Positions 10,189 to 18,717 of a DNA stretch of 64,000 bases are shown piece after piece (within the stretch, counting starts at the first letter, position 1; each line of letters begins with the position of its first letter). Position numbers and translations under genes: made by a program. Source of the stretch: Acidobacteriota bacterium (GTDB lineage: Bacteria > Acidobacteriota > Vicinamibacteria > Marinacidobacterales > Marinacidobacteraceae); the NCBI GenBank assembly GCA_009840635.1, contig VXNL01000044.1, forward strand, positions 7,268 to 71,267, read 5' to 3'. The notes beneath the pieces are model-generated. The model was not told where the DNA came from. It made no database searches and saw only the letters and a list, made by a program, of their open reading frames with translations.

Positions 10189-10968
10189 ATGAACGAGAAG
10201 GCCCCGGCCAGCACCCGCGAACTGCTGGAATTCGCCACCGAGATCGGCTGGGAGGCCGGCCGTCTCATCATGAGCCACTTCCAGGTGGGGGTGGGGGTTT
10301 CCACGAAGCCGGACCGGACGCCGGTCACCGAGGCCGACATCGCCGGCGAACGGCTGCTCCGCAAGCGCATCGAGGCGAAGTTCCCCGGCCACCGGATTCT
10401 TGGGGAGGAAGACGGCGAGTCGGGTTCCGACCCGGCGCACCGCTGGATCCTCGACCCCATCGACGGCACGACTTCGTTTATCCACGGAGTCCCGCTCTTC
10501 GGGATGCTCATCGGCCTCGAGATCAACGGCGAGGCCGTGGTCGGGGTGTGCAACATCGCCGGACTGGGCGAGATGGTTACCGGCGCCCGCGGCGAGGGGG
10601 CCTTCTGGAACGGCCGCCCGGCGCGCGTCTCCAAGGTGACGGAGATCGAAAACGCCCTCGCCACCACCACCGATCCGGCGACCATCGGCCCCATCTGGGA
10701 CGCGGTCGGCGCGAGAGGCGCGGTCCGCCGCACCTGGGGCGACGCCTTCGGCCACGCGCTGGTGTGCACGGGACGTTCCGAGATCGGCCTCGACCCCGAG
10801 ATGAAGGCCTGGGACTCGAGCCCGTTTCTGCCGATCCTCGAAGAGGCGGGCGGCCGGTTCACCGACTGGGACGGCAACCGCACCATCCACGGGCCGAACG
10901 CGCTGAGCACCAACGGCGCCCTCCACGACGAGGTGCTGGAGCTCCTCGCGGAAGTGCGCGGGAAGTAG
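10189..10968 (+). CDS. inositol monophosphatase family protein (histidinol-phosphatase HisN-like)
   Basis: IMPase motifs are present (EEDG, WILDPIDGT, WD..AG) together with a GWEAG motif. Length is 259 aa. Confidence 0.8.
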   Translation: MNEKAPASTRELLEFATEIGWEAGRLIMSHFQVGVGVSTKPDRTPVTEADIAGERLLRKRIEAKFPGHRILGEEDGESGSDPAHRWILDPIDGTTSFIHGVPLFGMLIGLEINGEAVVGVCNIAGLGEMVTGARGEGAFWNGRPARVSKVTEIENALATTTDPATIGPIWDAVGARGAVRRTWGDAFGHALVCTGRSEIGLDPEMKAWDSSPFLPILEEAGGRFTDWDGNRTIHGPNALSTNGALHDEVLELLAEVRGK

Positions 10969-11047
10969 AGGGGAGCGCCGGCCTCCCGGTGGGGGCCTTC
11001 AGACCCGGACCGCCCGCCGCAGGCGGGCCATGGGGATCGCTCCGCCT

Positions 11048-12469
11048 CTATCGCCCGGCCTTCACCCGCGCCACCACCTCGCGGATCTGATCCGCGAACC
11101 CGCGGGCCTTCTCCATCACCTCGTCCTCGTCCACAGTGGTGATCTCGCCGTCGCGCACGACGATGCGCCCGTTCACGAGCACGGTGCGGACATCGCTGCC
11201 GCGCGTGACGTAGACGAGCTGCGAGTAGGGGCGATAGAGCGGCGTCATCCCGGCGCGCCGGGTCTCCACCAACACGATGTCGGCCTTCTTTCCGACGTCG
11301 AGCGAACCGATGTGGTCCTGCTGGTTCAGCACCCGTGCGCCGTAGGTGGTGGCCATCCGGAAGACCGTCTCGGCTGGCAGCGCGGTCGGATCGCCGGTCG
11401 CGAACTTGTGGAGCTTCGCCGCGGTGTCCATCTCGCCGAACATGTCGAGGTCGTTGTTGCTCGCGGCGCCGTCGGTGCCGAGACCCACCGGTACGCCCGC
11501 GGCGAGAAGCGCCTCGACCGGGGCCGCTCGGTCGCCTCCGAGCTTCATGTTGCTCTCCGGGTTGTGGGCCACCCCGGCACCTCCCGCCGCGACTTTCCGA
11601 ATGTCCTCGTCCGACATGTAGGTGCCGTGCGCGAGGACCGTTCCCGGCCGCAGCGCCCCGATGGAGTCCAGCGCGTCGATCGTGCGCATGCCGATCGCCG
11701 CCTCGATCCGCTCGTCCTCGTCGCGGGCTTCCACCACGTGGATCTGGAAGGGAGCGTTGTGGCGCTCCGCGACCTCGAAGGCGGCCCGGGTGGGCTCCAG
11801 GGGAGTGGTGTAGAGCGCGTGGGCGGCGGTGCCGGGGATGAGGAGCGGATGGTCCCGGTACCGCTCCATGAAGACGTCCGCCTCGGCGAGCGATTCCTCC
11901 GGGGTCTCGAAATCGGGGGCAGGGAAGCCGATCACATTGGGCCCGACTACCGCGCGGATCCCGGCCTGGATCGTCGCCCGGGCCACGTCGTCCGGGAAGT
12001 AGTACATGTCCGTGAAGGTGGTCGTCCCGCTCTTCAGCATCTCGATGGATGACAGGAGCGTTCCCCAATAGACGAAGTCGGGCGCCACGAGTTCGGCTTC
12101 GGCCGGGAAGATGTTCTGTTCCAGCCAGTCCATCAGCGGCAGGTCGTCCGCGAGCCCGCGGAGCAGGGACATCGCGGCGTGCCCGTGGGTGTTGATGAGC
12201 CCGGGGATGACCAGTTGGCCGGTGGCGTCGAGGGTGGGGATGCCGGCCGGCCGGGGCGCCGCCCGGTCGAAGAGCCCCGCGATCCGGTCGCCCTCGACGA
12301 GCACCGCGCCGCCTTCGAGGATGGTCCCGGCGTCGTCCATGACCACCACGGTGCCGCCGTCGATCAGGAGGCGCTCGGCCGGCTGGGCGGCGGGCGCCTC
12401 GGAGCCGGAACACGCGGCACCGGCGAGCGGAACGGCGAGCAGCAGGCTGTGGGTGGGAATGGGCGTCAT
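11048..12469 (-). CDS. amidohydrolase (MtaD / SAH-deaminase / cytosine-deaminase-like), exported
   Basis: Metal-binding HGHAAMS and downstream His/Asp motifs are present. The ATG at 12469 gives a signal peptide (MTPIPTHSLLLAVPLAGAACSGS). The track ORF extends 47 codons further upstream. Confidence 0.75.
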   Translation of the reverse strand: MTPIPTHSLLLAVPLAGAACSGSEAPAAQPAERLLIDGGTVVVMDDAGTILEGGAVLVEGDRIAGLFDRAAPRPAGIPTLDATGQLVIPGLINTHGHAAMSLLRGLADDLPLMDWLEQNIFPAEAELVAPDFVYWGTLLSSIEMLKSGTTTFTDMYYFPDDVARATIQAGIRAVVGPNVIGFPAPDFETPEESLAEADVFMERYRDHPLLIPGTAAHALYTTPLEPTRAAFEVAERHNAPFQIHVVEARDEDERIEAAIGMRTIDALDSIGALRPGTVLAHGTYMSDEDIRKVAAGGAGVAHNPESNMKLGGDRAAPVEALLAAGVPVGLGTDGAASNNDLDMFGEMDTAAKLHKFATGDPTALPAETVFRMATTYGARVLNQQDHIGSLDVGKKADIVLVETRRAGMTPLYRPYSQLVYVTRGSDVRTVLVNGRIVVRDGEITTVDEDEVMEKARGFADQIREVVARVKAGR

Positions 12470-12500
12470 CGTTCGGCGGGGCGGAACCCTAGCAGCCGGC

Positions 12501-13427
12501 TTACTCCATCGGACGGAGTTCCTTCCAGCGCTCGATGAAGGCGACCGCGGCCTCGACGAAGGCCTCGGCCCCCCGGCGGCCGCGCTCCACGCTCGATTCC
12601 TCCAGGTCACGCACGCTCCAGACGCCGGTGTCGGTGATCTCGCGGGTGGAGGTGCCCTTGCCGGTCACCTCGGCCTTCAGGTTCTCGGCGAGGAATACCC
12701 GGAGGGCGGTCTGATCGCCCGCGACCACCTCGGGGACCATGCGCTCGAGGTGCTCCGGCATGGTGAGGGTGGCGGCCCGCGCTTTCGACAGGTCCACGAG
12801 ATCGGGAATGAGGTAGAGCGAACTCGACATCTCCCCGACGCCTCCGTGGCGGTCGAAGACGGGTTCTCGGGACTCGGGCTCGGCCCGCGTCTCCTGGCGG
12901 AACGGCGCCGACGCGGCGCCCAGCTCCACCCCGATCCCCTCCGTCTCGTGGTTGATGCGGTCCGCGATGTACTGGGAGATGACGCGGTTGCCCCCATGCG
13001 CGTTCAGGATCAGAAATCGCTTGAAGCCCTGCCGCATGAGGCTCTTCGCGGCCTCGAAATAGACCTGCTGGATCGTTTCCGCCGGCAGGCTGACGGTCCC
13101 CGGGAACCCCAGGTGATAGGCCGCGTTGCCCACGAACATTATCGGCGCCACCAGCACGTCGGTCCGCTGCGCGACGAGCTTGGCGCGCTCCATGCCGTTC
13201 AGGAAGTCGGTGCCGATGGGGAGGTGCGGCCCGTGCTGTTCCAGCGAACCCACCGGCATGATCACCATGTCGGTGCGCGTGAGGAGGTCCTCGACCTCTG
13301 TCCAGCTCATATGGGGCAGGTAGTTCTTGACCTTCGTTTCTCCCCAGAGCGGATTCGTCTGAGCCCCGGCGGCGCTCGCTGCCAGGAGCGCTCCGAGGAT
13401 GGCAAGGCGGAACGTGTTCTTCGGCAT
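12501..13427 (-). CDS. creatininase family protein, signal peptide
   Basis: Motifs LEQHGPHLP and NAHGGN are present, with an N-terminal signal peptide. Confidence 0.8.
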   Translation of the reverse strand: MPKNTFRLAILGALLAASAAGAQTNPLWGETKVKNYLPHMSWTEVEDLLTRTDMVIMPVGSLEQHGPHLPIGTDFLNGMERAKLVAQRTDVLVAPIMFVGNAAYHLGFPGTVSLPAETIQQVYFEAAKSLMRQGFKRFLILNAHGGNRVISQYIADRINHETEGIGVELGAASAPFRQETRAEPESREPVFDRHGGVGEMSSSLYLIPDLVDLSKARAATLTMPEHLERMVPEVVAGDQTALRVFLAENLKAEVTGKGTSTREITDTGVWSVRDLEESSVERGRRGAEAFVEAAVAFIERWKELRPME

Positions 13428-13428
13428 G

Positions 13429-15195
13429 TCAGTGACTCCCTTCGGACTGGGTTGGGTTTCTTGAAGACCGGCTTTCGAAGCGGCCGCGGCGCAGCCGGTT
13501 CAGTGCGGCGGCGATCTCGTAGCGGCGGGGACGGGCCAGCCGGCCGGGGTGGGCGCCGGCGCGGCCCTCGGAGGTGAGCGATTCGAGCCCCGCCTCGTCG
13601 AGCCGGGCGTCGAGGGAATCGAGGAGTTCGCTGACCGGGAGTCCCGCACAGTCCCGGGAGGCAGCGGCCATGGCGTATCCGGCGGCCCGCGTCTGGCTCT
13701 CGTCGAAGAGTTGTTCCACCGCCCTCAGGTCCACCTCTTCCTCTCCGTAGAGGAGGAGGTCGCGGCGGGTGGCCCGGATCCGCGGAGTCCCCCTGCGGCC
13801 GGCCGGGTCGAAACTCCCGGGTTCGGGACAGCGCTCCCGCCCGTGGAAACCGGCGGCCCCGGCATCGGGGGACCGCCGGGTCGGATAGCGCGCGGCCACC
13901 TCGCGAGCCTGCGCGGTCACCTCGCGCGGACGGTAGTCCGCCAGCTGGATCACGGTGTCCGCGGCGTCGAGGTAGTCCCCGGACCCCCCCATCACGAGGA
14001 TGGTGGAAACGCCGTGGTCCTCGAAGAGCTCCCGCACCCGGTCCAGCAGCGCGACGATCGGTTCCGCTTCCCGCGCCACCAGGGCCTGCATCCGGGCGTC
14101 CCGGATCATCAGGTTGGTGGCCGAGGTGTCCTCGTCCATCAGCAGGAGCCGGGACCCCGCTTCCAGCGCCTCGACGAGGGAGGCCGCCTGACTGGTACTC
14201 CCGCTCGCGTTGTCGGTGGTGAACGCGGTGGTGGCCCGCCCGCCGGGGAGCTCCCGGATGAAGGGGCTCACATCCACCGAGGACACCGCGCGCCCTTCCT
14301 CGGCGCGGATGGTCACCGCGTCCCCGCGGGTGACCACCAGCTCCCGCCCGTCCCCGGGGACGTGGGGGACCACCGAGCGGGCGAGCGCCTGGAGCAGCGT
14401 GGACTTGCCGTGAAAACCGCCGCCCACGATGAGCGTGACCCCTTCCGGGATGCCCATTCCGTGGATCTCCCGGGGGCCGTCTCCCGGGTGGAGCAGGGAC
14501 AGGCTCACCCTCAGCGATGCCGGGCTCTCGAAGGGAACGACTCCATCGGTCAGAGGGCGTTCGCTCGCGCCGTGCCCGCGCGGCAGGACCGCCCCGTCGG
14601 GCACAAAGGCGGCGAGGCTCCGGGCTTCGAGCTGGGAACGAAGGTGGTGGTGGTTCTCGACCGCATTCACGAACGACTCTGCCGCCCCCTCCGGAAGGCT
14701 CCGGAACGCGAGTGCCTTCCCCGCGATTGCAGGGATTTCACGGGTCAGCAGATCGGCGGCCCGGTTGCCGAGGATCCGGCGCCCGGCCGCCGGCAAACCC
14801 ACTTCCACGCGGGCTTCGACGAAACCCGCGCCGGAGGAATCGCCGGAGATCCGGATCGCGGTGCGTTCGAGGACCTCCTGGCCGCCCGCATCGATCCGAA
14901 TCTGGCCGCTGTGGCCGGTCCCCGCCGAGTTTCCCGATCGGGGAATCGCCCGGCGGAATCCCCGGGCCAGGAAGTCGGCGAGGGCGGTCCGGCGAGCCCG
15001 GTTGGAAACGAGCGCAGCGGGAAAGCCGGCGGTCTCCCCATCCATCCGGACCCGGACCCGGGAGGGAGGAGCGAAGGGATCGCGGGCCACCCGGTCCACG
15101 AAAACGACGACGCCGTTCCCGAGCGACCACTCCCCCTCGAGATCCCGGTAGGCCGGGTAACCGCGTCCATCCAGGCGGCGGCAGGCGGCGGCCAG
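13429..15195 (-). CDS. ABC-class ATPase domain protein (COG3044 / PF09818)
   Basis: Walker A GGGFHGKSTLL. The track start (GTG at 15099) cuts off about 32 in-frame residues (LAAACRRLDGRGYPAYRDLEGEWSLGNGVVVFV) that match the conserved family N-terminus. No ATG, GTG or TTG lies between the upstream stop and 15099. A CTG at 15195-15193 is preceded by GAGGAGG with a 7-nt spacer. Confidence 0.6.
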   Translation of the reverse strand: MAAACRRLDGRGYPAYRDLEGEWSLGNGVVVFVDRVARDPFAPPSRVRVRMDGETAGFPAALVSNRARRTALADFLARGFRRAIPRSGNSAGTGHSGQIRIDAGGQEVLERTAIRISGDSSGAGFVEARVEVGLPAAGRRILGNRAADLLTREIPAIAGKALAFRSLPEGAAESFVNAVENHHHLRSQLEARSLAAFVPDGAVLPRGHGASERPLTDGVVPFESPASLRVSLSLLHPGDGPREIHGMGIPEGVTLIVGGGFHGKSTLLQALARSVVPHVPGDGRELVVTRGDAVTIRAEEGRAVSSVDVSPFIRELPGGRATTAFTTDNASGSTSQAASLVEALEAGSRLLLMDEDTSATNLMIRDARMQALVAREAEPIVALLDRVRELFEDHGVSTILVMGGSGDYLDAADTVIQLADYRPREVTAQAREVAARYPTRRSPDAGAAGFHGRERCPEPGSFDPAGRRGTPRIRATRRDLLLYGEEEVDLRAVEQLFDESQTRAAGYAMAAASRDCAGLPVSELLDSLDARLDEAGLESLTSEGRAGAHPGRLARPRRYEIAAALNRLRRGRFESRSSRNPTQSEGSH

Positions 15196-15345
15196 GCCGG
15201 AGCCTCCTCGCGGGGCCTCCCGGCGCTCGCCGCTACGCGAGGAGGGGCGGGCGCGGTACGCGGTGATGAGGCTTCTCCCTACGGTTTGAACCGATGATAG
15301 TGGGCCGTCGGGCAGGTACGGCCGGAAGTACCATCATCCGAGGCA

Positions 15346-16335
15346 ATGACATCCGAATCCAGGGGGCGTTCGTACTGGGCCGATCAAACCGGTGATCTGC
15401 GGGCGCGGCTGGCAGCGGCGGTGCCGGCAGAGGAGTTGAGACGGCTCCATCAGCGGCGTCCCCTGGTGCACTTCCTGGTGCTGGGCTGGCAGGTCCTCCT
15501 GCTCGTCGGAGGCGGGGCCATTGCCTGGCGGGCCTCCGAGTGGTGGATCTGGCTACCGGCTTCCCTGGTCGTCGGGTTCACGGTCTTCAACTTCACCGTG
15601 ATGCTGCACGAGGTGGTGCACGAACTGGTCTTCGGAGCCAGCGGACATCCCGGCTACCGGGTGCTGCGCCACCTCTACGCCTTCCCGAGCGGGATCTCCG
15701 CGACCCAGTTCACGCGATGGCACCTCGACCATCACGCCCAGCTCGGGGATGCCGAGGCGGATCCGAAGCGGCACAGGCTGTCGCCGAAACGCAACGCGCG
15801 CTGGTTCAAGGCGCTCTATCTGACCCCAGCGCTCATCCCCATCTACTTCCGGGCGGCGCGGAACGAGACGGCGAGTTATCCGGACGAAGTACGGCGGGCG
15901 ATTGCCCGGGAGCGGAGGCTGACCGTGGCCGGCCACGTCGCCATCCTCGCCGTCCTCATCGCCGCCGGTGGGTTCTTCGCGGCGTTCAAGGCCTACCTCG
16001 CCCCGGTGTTCCTCGTGTTCCCGGTCGCCTTCACCGTGAACCGGCTGGGCCAGCACTACGACATCGCCCCGGACAATCCCGCGCTCTGGGGCAGCGTGCT
16101 CCGGCCCTCCCGGTTCTGGGACGTCGCGTTCCTCTGGTCGGCGTACCACCTCGAGCACCACTACTTCCCGCGCGTGCCGTTCTACAACCTGCGGGCGCTC
16201 CACTTCCTGCTCCGACCCTTTTTCGACGAGATCGGGGCGCGTCCCACCAGCTACGGACGGCTCCTCTGGCAGTGGTTCGTCCACAACCGCGCGCCCCATA
16301 CCGATTGGCGGAAGCCGGCCGAATCGGCGGTCTGA
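15346..16335 (+). CDS. fatty acid desaturase family protein
   Basis: Three histidine boxes (HEVVHE, HLDHH, HLEHH) and a hydrophobic N-terminal half. Confidence 0.85.
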   Translation: MTSESRGRSYWADQTGDLRARLAAAVPAEELRRLHQRRPLVHFLVLGWQVLLLVGGGAIAWRASEWWIWLPASLVVGFTVFNFTVMLHEVVHELVFGASGHPGYRVLRHLYAFPSGISATQFTRWHLDHHAQLGDAEADPKRHRLSPKRNARWFKALYLTPALIPIYFRAARNETASYPDEVRRAIARERRLTVAGHVAILAVLIAAGGFFAAFKAYLAPVFLVFPVAFTVNRLGQHYDIAPDNPALWGSVLRPSRFWDVAFLWSAYHLEHHYFPRVPFYNLRALHFLLRPFFDEIGARPTSYGRLLWQWFVHNRAPHTDWRKPAESAV

Positions 16336-16364
16336 ATCGTCTGACCGTGGCAGAATCCGGAGTT

Positions 16365-16607
16365 ATGGCCAAGGGAGTCGTCAAGTGGTACGACCGCCAG
16401 CGCGGCGAAGGCTTCATCCAGCGGTTCGACGGCCCGGATGTCCACGTCCCCAGCAGCGCACTTCTCGACCGGGAGCCGGGATTCCTGATCGAGGGTCAGG
16501 CGGTGGAGTTCGAACTGCTGAAGATTCCCGGCGGCTTCCGGGCGCGGGGAGTGCGGGTGGTGGACCGGGGGTCGCCCCGGGAAATGAAGCCGCTGTCCTC
16601 GGGATAG
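16365..16607 (+). CDS. cold-shock domain protein
   Basis: MAKGVVKWYDRQRGEGFI contains an RNP1-like motif. 80 aa, ATG at 16365. Confidence 0.85.
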   Translation: MAKGVVKWYDRQRGEGFIQRFDGPDVHVPSSALLDREPGFLIEGQAVEFELLKIPGGFRARGVRVVDRGSPREMKPLSSG

Positions 16608-16613
16608 GGAGAA

Positions 16614-16638
16614 CCGGCCGGCGTTCCAGGCCGGCGGC
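16614..16638 (+). terminator. GC-rich stem-loop just after the csp stop codon
   Basis: An imperfect palindrome (ccggccggcg ttcca ggccggcgg) lies 7 nt after the TAG. There is no U-tract, which is usual at this GC content. Confidence 0.2.
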
Positions 16639-16807
16639 GCCATCACCGCTCTTGCCCGACCCGCGGGACTGCACTTTCACAGCCGCTGGCCGGCGGTCCC
16701 CGCCGTTGTCAGGCTTGGAACGTTACGGTGTCATCTCGGTCCCGGGATCCGGCGAGGCGCCGTTTCGCGACCCCGCCGGTCAGCCCGCCCGGGACTGACT
16801 CGCGGTG

Positions 16808-17146
16808 CTAGAACCGCTCGAGAGCGTCGGCTTCGGTGTCGGTGATCGTCAGGATCTGATTGAAACCGCTGATCTTGAAGACTTCGAGAATGTGCTCCTT
16901 CATCTCGCAGAGCACCAGCTTGCCCTTCACGCCGGCCAGCCGCTTGGCGAGGATCAGCAGAACGCGCATCCCCGTCGAGTTGATGTAGTCCAGCCCGCCG
17001 AAATTCATCACCACCTGGGTCGCGCCCTCCGGCCCGATGGCGTGCGCCATCACGGCCTGCTCGAACTCGCTGCTCGTGCGGGTGTCAATGCGCCCCTGGG
17101 GCGACAGCACGAGAACTCCGTTCTTCGTTTCATCCGTCAGGTTCAT
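16808..17146 (-). CDS. STAS-domain anti-sigma factor antagonist (RsbV/SpoIIAA-like)
   Basis: The STAS fold sequence includes a DYINSTG phosphorylation-loop motif. The ATG at 17146 has a GGAGGAAG SD, and its start overlaps the upstream kinase stop by 4 nt. Confidence 0.8.
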   Translation of the reverse strand: MNLTDETKNGVLVLSPQGRIDTRTSSEFEQAVMAHAIGPEGATQVVMNFGGLDYINSTGMRVLLILAKRLAGVKGKLVLCEMKEHILEVFKISGFNQILTITDTEADALERF

Positions 17147-17619
17147 TGGGCTTCCTCCTGGTCGCCGGCTGTTAGCGACCGGGTCAGGGTGATCCGGTTT
17201 CGATCCTTGATTCGTTCGTAGTTGGTCGTGGTCATGAGGGACTGAACGAGAAAAACACCGAGCCCACCGATCGGCCTCTCCTCGAGGGGAAGGGTCGTGT
17301 CGGGGACCGGCGCCTCGTGAAACGGGTCGAATGGTATCCCGTGATCCTCGATTTCGATGTGAAAGGTCCCGTCCGCGATCGTGGCCCACATGTGAATGTG
17401 GGCGTGTTCAAGGTCGCGGGTTCCATACTTGATGATGTTGGTGACCAGTTCGTCCACCGAGAGCGTGATGCGCTGGGTCTGGAGCGGCGACACGCCGTGT
17501 TTTTCTGCGAACTCCTCAAGCGCCACGAGCATCTCGCTGAGTTCGCCCAGGTCCTTGTCCAGCTTGCAGGAGAAGGCGGGAGCCTTCGACTTACCGGCTG
17601 GGCCGCGCCTCGGTGCCAT
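17143..17619 (-). CDS. anti-sigma regulatory factor, HATPase_c Ser/Thr kinase (RsbW/SpoIIAB-like)
   Basis: 158 aa with GHKL ATPase motifs (ELVTNIIKYG, DHGIPFD, GGLGVF). The ATG is at 17619. The upstream 180 codons of the track ORF are Arg-rich junk. Confidence 0.75.
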   Translation of the reverse strand: MAPRRGPAGKSKAPAFSCKLDKDLGELSEMLVALEEFAEKHGVSPLQTQRITLSVDELVTNIIKYGTRDLEHAHIHMWATIADGTFHIEIEDHGIPFDPFHEAPVPDTTLPLEERPIGGLGVFLVQSLMTTTNYERIKDRNRITLTRSLTAGDQEEAQ

Positions 17620-17777
17620 CGGGGCGTCAACTTTAGCAGCCTGTAGTGGAACCGACGTCAGCCGGAAAACCGGTGGGAAATCCGGCGGACGGGGCGCGCG
17701 ACGACGGAATACTGGGTGTTTTCCGGGCGAAACGCAACACACAAGCGGGGGAAACCGGGGGCGCTGTCGCGGGTTTG

Positions 17778-18698
17778 TCACTGCCCGCGCGTTGCGGATC
17801 GCACGTCTTTGAGGGGTGCGGGACCGCCGGATGGTTCCAGATCCAGCATCGAGATCTTGACGACGACCTCCAGCTCCTGCTGCGCGGCTCCCCGGAACGT
17901 GCCGCGGGTGGGGGGAACGTCGCGATAGTCCCGCCCGCTTGCGACCCGGACATGATGTCTTGGAGAAACCGTGTTGTTCGTGGGGTCGGCGCCCACCCAG
18001 CCGAGCCCGGGGAGGAGGCACTCGATCCAGGCGTGGCTGGCCTGCGCCATGACCTGCTCCCTCCCTTTGTGAACCGGGAAGAGGTATCCGGAGACGTACT
18101 GGGCCGGAATCCCCCAGCTCCGCACGATGGCGAGCATGATGTGGGAAAAGTCCTGGCAAACACCGCTTTCCGCCGCCAGCGCGTCGTCGATCGGGGAGTC
18201 CACCCGCGTCCGTCCCCGCTCGAAGCCCAGCGCTTCGTGAATGCGGGCAGTCAGTTCGCGAACGGACGCCAGGGGCGTCTTGCCCCGCTCGATCCCGTGC
18301 CGGGCGACGAAGGCGTCGAGCGCGGCGGTCGGCCGGGTCAGCGGGGTGGGGTGGAGCAGATGCCAGGTCGCAGGCGTGTGCAGCTCCTCCAGATCGTCCC
18401 AGGCCGCCCCCCTGGTTTCATCGGGATCGCTGGCGTGCAGGGCCACGAGGGACCGGGAGGTGACCGTCAGTTGTTCGTGTTCGCCGGGGACATCGAAGAA
18501 ATGCACCGCGTTTCCGAAGCAGTCCTCGTAGCTGCCGAGTTCGGCTCCCGGATCGGTGGTGATCCGGAAGGACCGGAGATGCTGGGAGGCGTCGCTGCGG
18601 GGTTCGAGGTAAAGCGTGACGACGGATTCCCGGATCGGTTCCGAATACCGGAACCGGGTCACATGCTCGATGCGGTAAACGGTGTCTTGGGAGGTCAC
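17778..18698 (-). CDS. transglutaminase family protein (Bact_transglu_N + transglutaminase core)
   Basis: N-terminus YRIEHVTRFRYSEP, catalytic Cys in CQDFSHIMLAIVRSWGIPAQYVSGY. 306 aa. Confidence 0.85.
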   Translation of the reverse strand: MTSQDTVYRIEHVTRFRYSEPIRESVVTLYLEPRSDASQHLRSFRITTDPGAELGSYEDCFGNAVHFFDVPGEHEQLTVTSRSLVALHASDPDETRGAAWDDLEELHTPATWHLLHPTPLTRPTAALDAFVARHGIERGKTPLASVRELTARIHEALGFERGRTRVDSPIDDALAAESGVCQDFSHIMLAIVRSWGIPAQYVSGYLFPVHKGREQVMAQASHAWIECLLPGLGWVGADPTNNTVSPRHHVRVASGRDYRDVPPTRGTFRGAAQQELEVVVKISMLDLEPSGGPAPLKDVRSATRGQ

Positions 18699-18717
18699 GT
18701 GGCTGGTTTCGCGGGCC

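Noticed and set aside
9819-12413. 864-aa minus-strand ORF
   Set aside because: Extremely Arg/Pro/Gly-rich low-complexity translation. It runs antisense or out of frame through the well-supported IMPase and amidohydrolase genes. This is a typical high-GC open-frame artefact.
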